From NCBI RefSeq assembly GCF_053078305.1, contig NZ_CP166879.1: 64,000 bases of DNA; one strand, given 5' to 3'. Below, in pieces: positions 60,354-64,000 of this stretch. The translations under genes and the position numbers were made by a program. Numbering within the stretch: the stretch's first letter is position 1; every line of letters starts with the position of its first letter. The notes beneath the pieces are model-generated. The model saw only the letters and a program-made list of their open reading frames with translations. It did not search any database and was not told where the DNA came from.

Positions 60354-60599
60354 TTACATCATCATGTCGCTGTCAGGTGTGGGGTCACCGCCATCTGAAG
60401 CACTCCCCTCACCCGCGATACCTTCCGGCTCCGGAACTGCCGGTGCGCCCAGCAGTTCATCCAGAATGGCATCCACTTCTGCATCAAGACGCGCCTCAAG
60501 GTTCTGGCGGAGTTTCTGTTTCAGTGCGCTCAGGACTTCTTCAGAGCGCAGGACTTCCTTCACTGCCTCTGCAGTGACCAGGGATGTAATTTCTGACAT
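60354..60599 (-). CDS. hypothetical small acidic protein
   Basis: ORF 60354..60773; start at [30 protein letters not shown] (81 aa); no family recognised. Confidence 0.4.
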   Translation of the reverse strand: MSEITSLVTAEAVKEVLRSEEVLSALKQKLRQNLEARLDAEVDAILDELLGAPAVPEPEGIAGEGSASDGGDPTPDSDMMM

Positions 60600-60969
60600 G
60601 GGATTTTCTCGTCGAAAGGTGTGATTAAGAAAGTTGCAGCTAAATGAGCGGCTCTTCGGGTTTGCTTCCGGCTGACTGACTGGCGCTGATTTTCTCTGCG
60701 GCCCTTTTATCAATCTGCCTGCGCCAGAAATCGCGCACTGCCCTGTACCCACCCGAAAGAAGATACAGCACACAGACCGCCGTACAGAAGTACAGCATTA
60801 ACTGGTTCAGAAATGTCATGGTTTCTCACCGTGATAGTTGACATGATTTACTTATTTTTGTAGAAAAACACCGCAGACTTCGGTGTCATCATGGTCGTTT
60901 TACCAGCCGCCAGCATTCATGTAGTGGACACAGTTCATCCCTTTCCTTCATTGCTGGCGGCCTTTTTTA

Positions 60970-62937
60970 TCATGCCGCGGCGTCCGCGTTGTTCACTTCC
61001 ACCTTCACACTGTCAATCAGCAGCGTATATGTCGCCGCCTTTGATATGCCTGTCAGTTGCAGTTTGTCCGCCGCCCCTGATGCCGGAGATTTCACCAGTG
61101 TGAACGGTGTACCCCGTTTCTCATCCAGTACCGGCGTCACCTGAATGCTGTTGTTTCCGGCAAACTCAAAAGCCAGTGTGTGCCATCCGTTATCAAAGAC
61201 CCCGAACGTATCCAGCTTCGCATTCTGCTTCTTGTGGTACATCGCGTTCAGGTTCGTCGCATCCGTCTGCAGGAAGAAGGACATCAGCATGTCGTTGCCT
61301 TCCTCTGCCAGCGTCACTCCCTCCGGCAGGGACGACAACTGCCAGTAAATACCCAGGGCAAACTGATTCGGCACCAGTGCGCCCGGCACCTTAAACCGCA
61401 CGCTCACACGTCCGCCTTTCTTCAGCAACTCTGCCCCCTTCCCGGCGGCATCATGCTCCAGAAACCAGATGTGGCTTTCCGGTTTGTTCAGTTGCAGGGC
61501 CTTACCACCGGTGGCACCCTCATCACTGACCACGGCCTCAGCGATGTTTTTATCAACACTGTCTCCGCTCGCCGGTTTGTGATAATAGCGCCAGCCCTGT
61601 GATGCCAGGTCTTCACCGGACGCCAGCAGACTCATCAGGGTTCGGTTACTGACCGGGGCTTCCGGCTCTCTCTCCGGGCCTTCACCGGAAGGTCCGGTGG
61701 GCTTCACCGTATCAGGCTGTTTTCCGGTAATGAATTCAGCGGTTCTCCCGGCATGCACCAGAATCGCCGTTGCCAGACGGTCGGAAATAATCCCACGGCG
61801 AGCCCATGAACTGAAATGGCTGGCCCTGTCCACAGATGTCCAGGTCTTCTGGTCATTACGCCACTTTGAACCGTAATAACCGACGGCTTCCAGGTCCGGG
61901 TCTTCTGCCGGGTCATTGGTCTGCACATTCGCACCATTCTCATCCGTCATTAACGGTACAAAGAAAATGTTCTGCGACTCCTTACCCTTATACCCTCCGT
62001 ATACTGATGCATACCCTTCCGCATGACGCTGCTTCCAGAAATACGTTGTGTCCCCGCAAATCCACGGTACCGCTGATGCGCTGCCTCCTGTGCTCTGTGA
62101 TGCCTGACCGGCAAGCTCCGTTCTGAACTGATTCACCATCGCACTAAACAGCCCCGGATGCTGCGCATGCGTCCCCACTGCCGCATCACCTTCTCCCTGC
62201 ATCCACACCACCGCAAGCAGACGGTTTTTCGGGTTCTTCGCCAGTGCGGCTTTAGTCCGGCTCACCAAATCCTGATACAGCGGCTTACCCACACCCCAGC
62301 GCAGTGAATTTTCCGATGCACCGGCTGATTCGTTGTATGTGCCGTCTGCACCCGTTGTGAATGCCGAAGCACCACGGCAGCACGGAACCAGCAGAATGCC
62401 CGCATTCGCCGGTATAAACGGCAGCAGTTTTTTGGCGATATGCAGCCCCTGCCCCACGGTTCCGTACTGCCCCTTTGACAGGTCCGCTTTCGGATGGTTA
62501 AGACGGCTCATGTCCTGCACATCATGCAGACAATGGTCCGCCGGAATAATGTCGTTATACTTACAGGCGGCACCGCCCGGTGTCACCGTACTGCGACGCG
62601 CCAGCTGCTTAATACGCGGGTCCGGACGGTCATATGTCTCCGGCAGCGGAAGGCCTTCACCATACGACATGCCGTTTGACTGCCCTGCCAGAACCACAAC
62701 AAAGTAATACTCCGGGTCGCTGGTGGCGCTGATTACTGTGCCTTCTCCATCCGACGGCTTCACCACCACAGGTGTGGTGACATCACCTTCCGCCGCAATG
62801 GCCTGCATCAGGGTATAAGGCGTGATGGCCACCGGGCTGCCAAATGGCTGCCACCCCTCCTTCAGTTTTTGAGTCAGTCGCTCCGCAAGGTCTGACGGCG
62901 ACGCCGCCCTGACCACGTCATAGTGTTTAAATGCCAT
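60970..62937 (-). CDS. prophage sialate O-acetylesterase (NanS-p-like)
   Basis: 655-aa ORF: N-terminal domain MAFKHYDVVRAASPSDLAERLTQKLKEGWQPFG (recalled as DUF1737-like), catalytic motif VVLAGQSNGMSYGEG, C-terminal beta-rich domain; upstream of the lysis cassette. Confidence 0.85.
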   Translation of the reverse strand: MAFKHYDVVRAASPSDLAERLTQKLKEGWQPFGSPVAITPYTLMQAIAAEGDVTTPVVVKPSDGEGTVISATSDPEYYFVVVLAGQSNGMSYGEGLPLPETYDRPDPRIKQLARRSTVTPGGAACKYNDIIPADHCLHDVQDMSRLNHPKADLSKGQYGTVGQGLHIAKKLLPFIPANAGILLVPCCRGASAFTTGADGTYNESAGASENSLRWGVGKPLYQDLVSRTKAALAKNPKNRLLAVVWMQGEGDAAVGTHAQHPGLFSAMVNQFRTELAGQASQSTGGSASAVPWICGDTTYFWKQRHAEGYASVYGGYKGKESQNIFFVPLMTDENGANVQTNDPAEDPDLEAVGYYGSKWRNDQKTWTSVDRASHFSSWARRGIISDRLATAILVHAGRTAEFITGKQPDTVKPTGPSGEGPEREPEAPVSNRTLMSLLASGEDLASQGWRYYHKPASGDSVDKNIAEAVVSDEGATGGKALQLNKPESHIWFLEHDAAGKGAELLKKGGRVSVRFKVPGALVPNQFALGIYWQLSSLPEGVTLAEEGNDMLMSFFLQTDATNLNAMYHKKQNAKLDTFGVFDNGWHTLAFEFAGNNSIQVTPVLDEKRGTPFTLVKSPASGAADKLQLTGISKAATYTLLIDSVKVEVNNADAAA

Positions 62938-63132
62938 GAATCCTCCCGGTCGGGATAATGTTGTGAGTCAGATAAGGGGCGGGCTGAAGTCCGGAAGTTA
63001 CAGGACAATGACAGAAGGAAGACTACAGCCCGCAATACGAAAAAGGCCGCGCAGTTGCGCAGAGTGATTACTGTCGGGTATTATTCGCCAGCTGAAAAAT
63101 TGATTACTTCACGTTTTGTTGTTTATTCCTTG

Positions 63133-63833
63133 CTGCCCGCATCTCACCATGCGGGCTTTTTTTATCCATAAGAAAGCCCCTCCGGAGAGGGGCTGGAGTA
63201 GCGCTATGTACCGTTCATTGCATGATGCCGGGTGCCTCCCGGTGAGTTCAGCCCGGTGCCACCGAACCCGCGTCATTCTCGCTAACGATCATCAGAGACC
63301 ATACCGTACACCAGCCGCCCCTCCGCACAGGGGGATTCATCATGCAGAAATTTTTTAACAAATTCTCAGTCGGGAAGACAACCTTCAACTGACTGAATTG
63401 TGAGCAACATAGCATTTAACGGGGAACCTGTTTTCTGCAGTAAAAAGGCCCACCGGAGCGGACGGGCCTGGAAGGATAGCGGTCATGTGATGCCGGTTTC
63501 CCGGTAACTCAGCACCGGTATCTGAGTCAACGTTTTCTCTACTGGGTCATTTCCGATACGCCCTGCCTGCTGACAGGCTTTCATCACATCTGAAAATATA
63601 GCACCCTGACTGATACTGTAGTACCCAAGGTTCCAGAAACTGTGATGTATCCGGCACAGAAAAGCCCCTCCGGAGAGGGGCTGACGCTGCGTATCTGTAT
63701 CATCATGCGCATGGTGCCGGGTGCCTCCCGGTGAGTTCAGTATCAGCACCTGAACCCGCACAGAAAGGATAAGGGATGTAACCAAACACCTGTCGCTGAT
63801 ATGCCCCTCCGCTCAGGGGGATTCACCATGCCA
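63133..63833. repeat. imperfect direct repeat (two copies, period about 488 bp) of a hairpin-rich element upstream of the esterase gene
   Basis: Shared blocks gcccctccggagaggggc (63176 / 63664), ccgggtgcctcccggtgagttcag (63228 / 63716), cagggggattca(t/c)catgc (63319 / 63806); additional hairpin plus T7 at 63133-63158. Confidence 0.8.
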
Positions 63834-64000
63834 GTTTCTTTTAACAAACTCCCCGCAAATCAGACAACTGTCAACCGTCTGAATTGTGAGACATTTAAAA
63901 TTTTCGGGGCAACAGGAAGACAATCATCACGACACCGGCAACCAGCGACCGGCACCAGATTTAACGTATGTGCACACAACCTGAACCGGCATCAAAAAAC

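Larger units (their letters stand above)
31144..64000. mobile_element. lambdoid prophage inserted at serU; late region only, extends beyond window end
   Basis: Contiguous minus-strand lysis, packaging, head and lambda-like tail genes bounded on the left by the tRNA-Ser fragment; integrase and intact tRNA not in window. Confidence 0.9.

Noticed and set aside
63150-63900. Phage tRNA genes upstream of the esterase gene, as in Stx phages
   Set aside because: Hairpins are present, but I could not find a T-arm (GGTTCGAATCC-like) with a matching acceptor stem on either strand; left as an unexplained repeat.
62938-64000. Shiga toxin genes stxAB upstream of the NanS-p esterase
   Set aside because: No ORF of suitable size or signal-peptide character in this interval.
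31144-64000. Integrase, excisionase or repressor genes of the prophage
   Set aside because: None found in the window; the early and integration regions must lie beyond the right end.

Overview
The window has two parts. Positions 1-30512 are conserved E. coli K-12-like chromosome: the flagellar fliE / fliFGHIJK / fliLMNOPQR operons, rcsA, dsrB, yodD, the DsrA sRNA, yedP, dgcQ, yodC, yedI, yedA, vsr-dcm, yedJ, yedR, an intact yedS porin, hchA, hprSR, hiuH, msrPQ, zinT and yodB. At 31082-31143 there is only the 3' 62 nt of tRNA-Ser (serU), and mtfA is absent; from there to the window end (and beyond) lies a lambdoid prophage, all on the minus strand. Its order is: NanS-p esterase, a pinholin / SAR-endolysin / Rz-Rz1 lysis cassette, HNH, TerS, TerL, a protease-capsid fusion, portal, connector proteins, then lambda-like tail genes V, G/GT, H, M, L, K, I, J, stf, tfa. 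No integrase is in the window. The prophage carries several self-contained inserts: an OmpC-family porin between M and L, a lipoprotein between H and G/T, a TonB-C-domain lipoprotein near the lysis genes, a Hok-family toxin ORF where lambda has lom, and a YkgJ-like gene at the tip. The most unusual feature is three tandem ~150-bp units between I and J, each with a conserved box, a TATAAT-like element and an intrinsic terminator, with no ORF; I propose a small-RNA array. All identifications rest on reading the sequence and recalled protein families; no searches were run.
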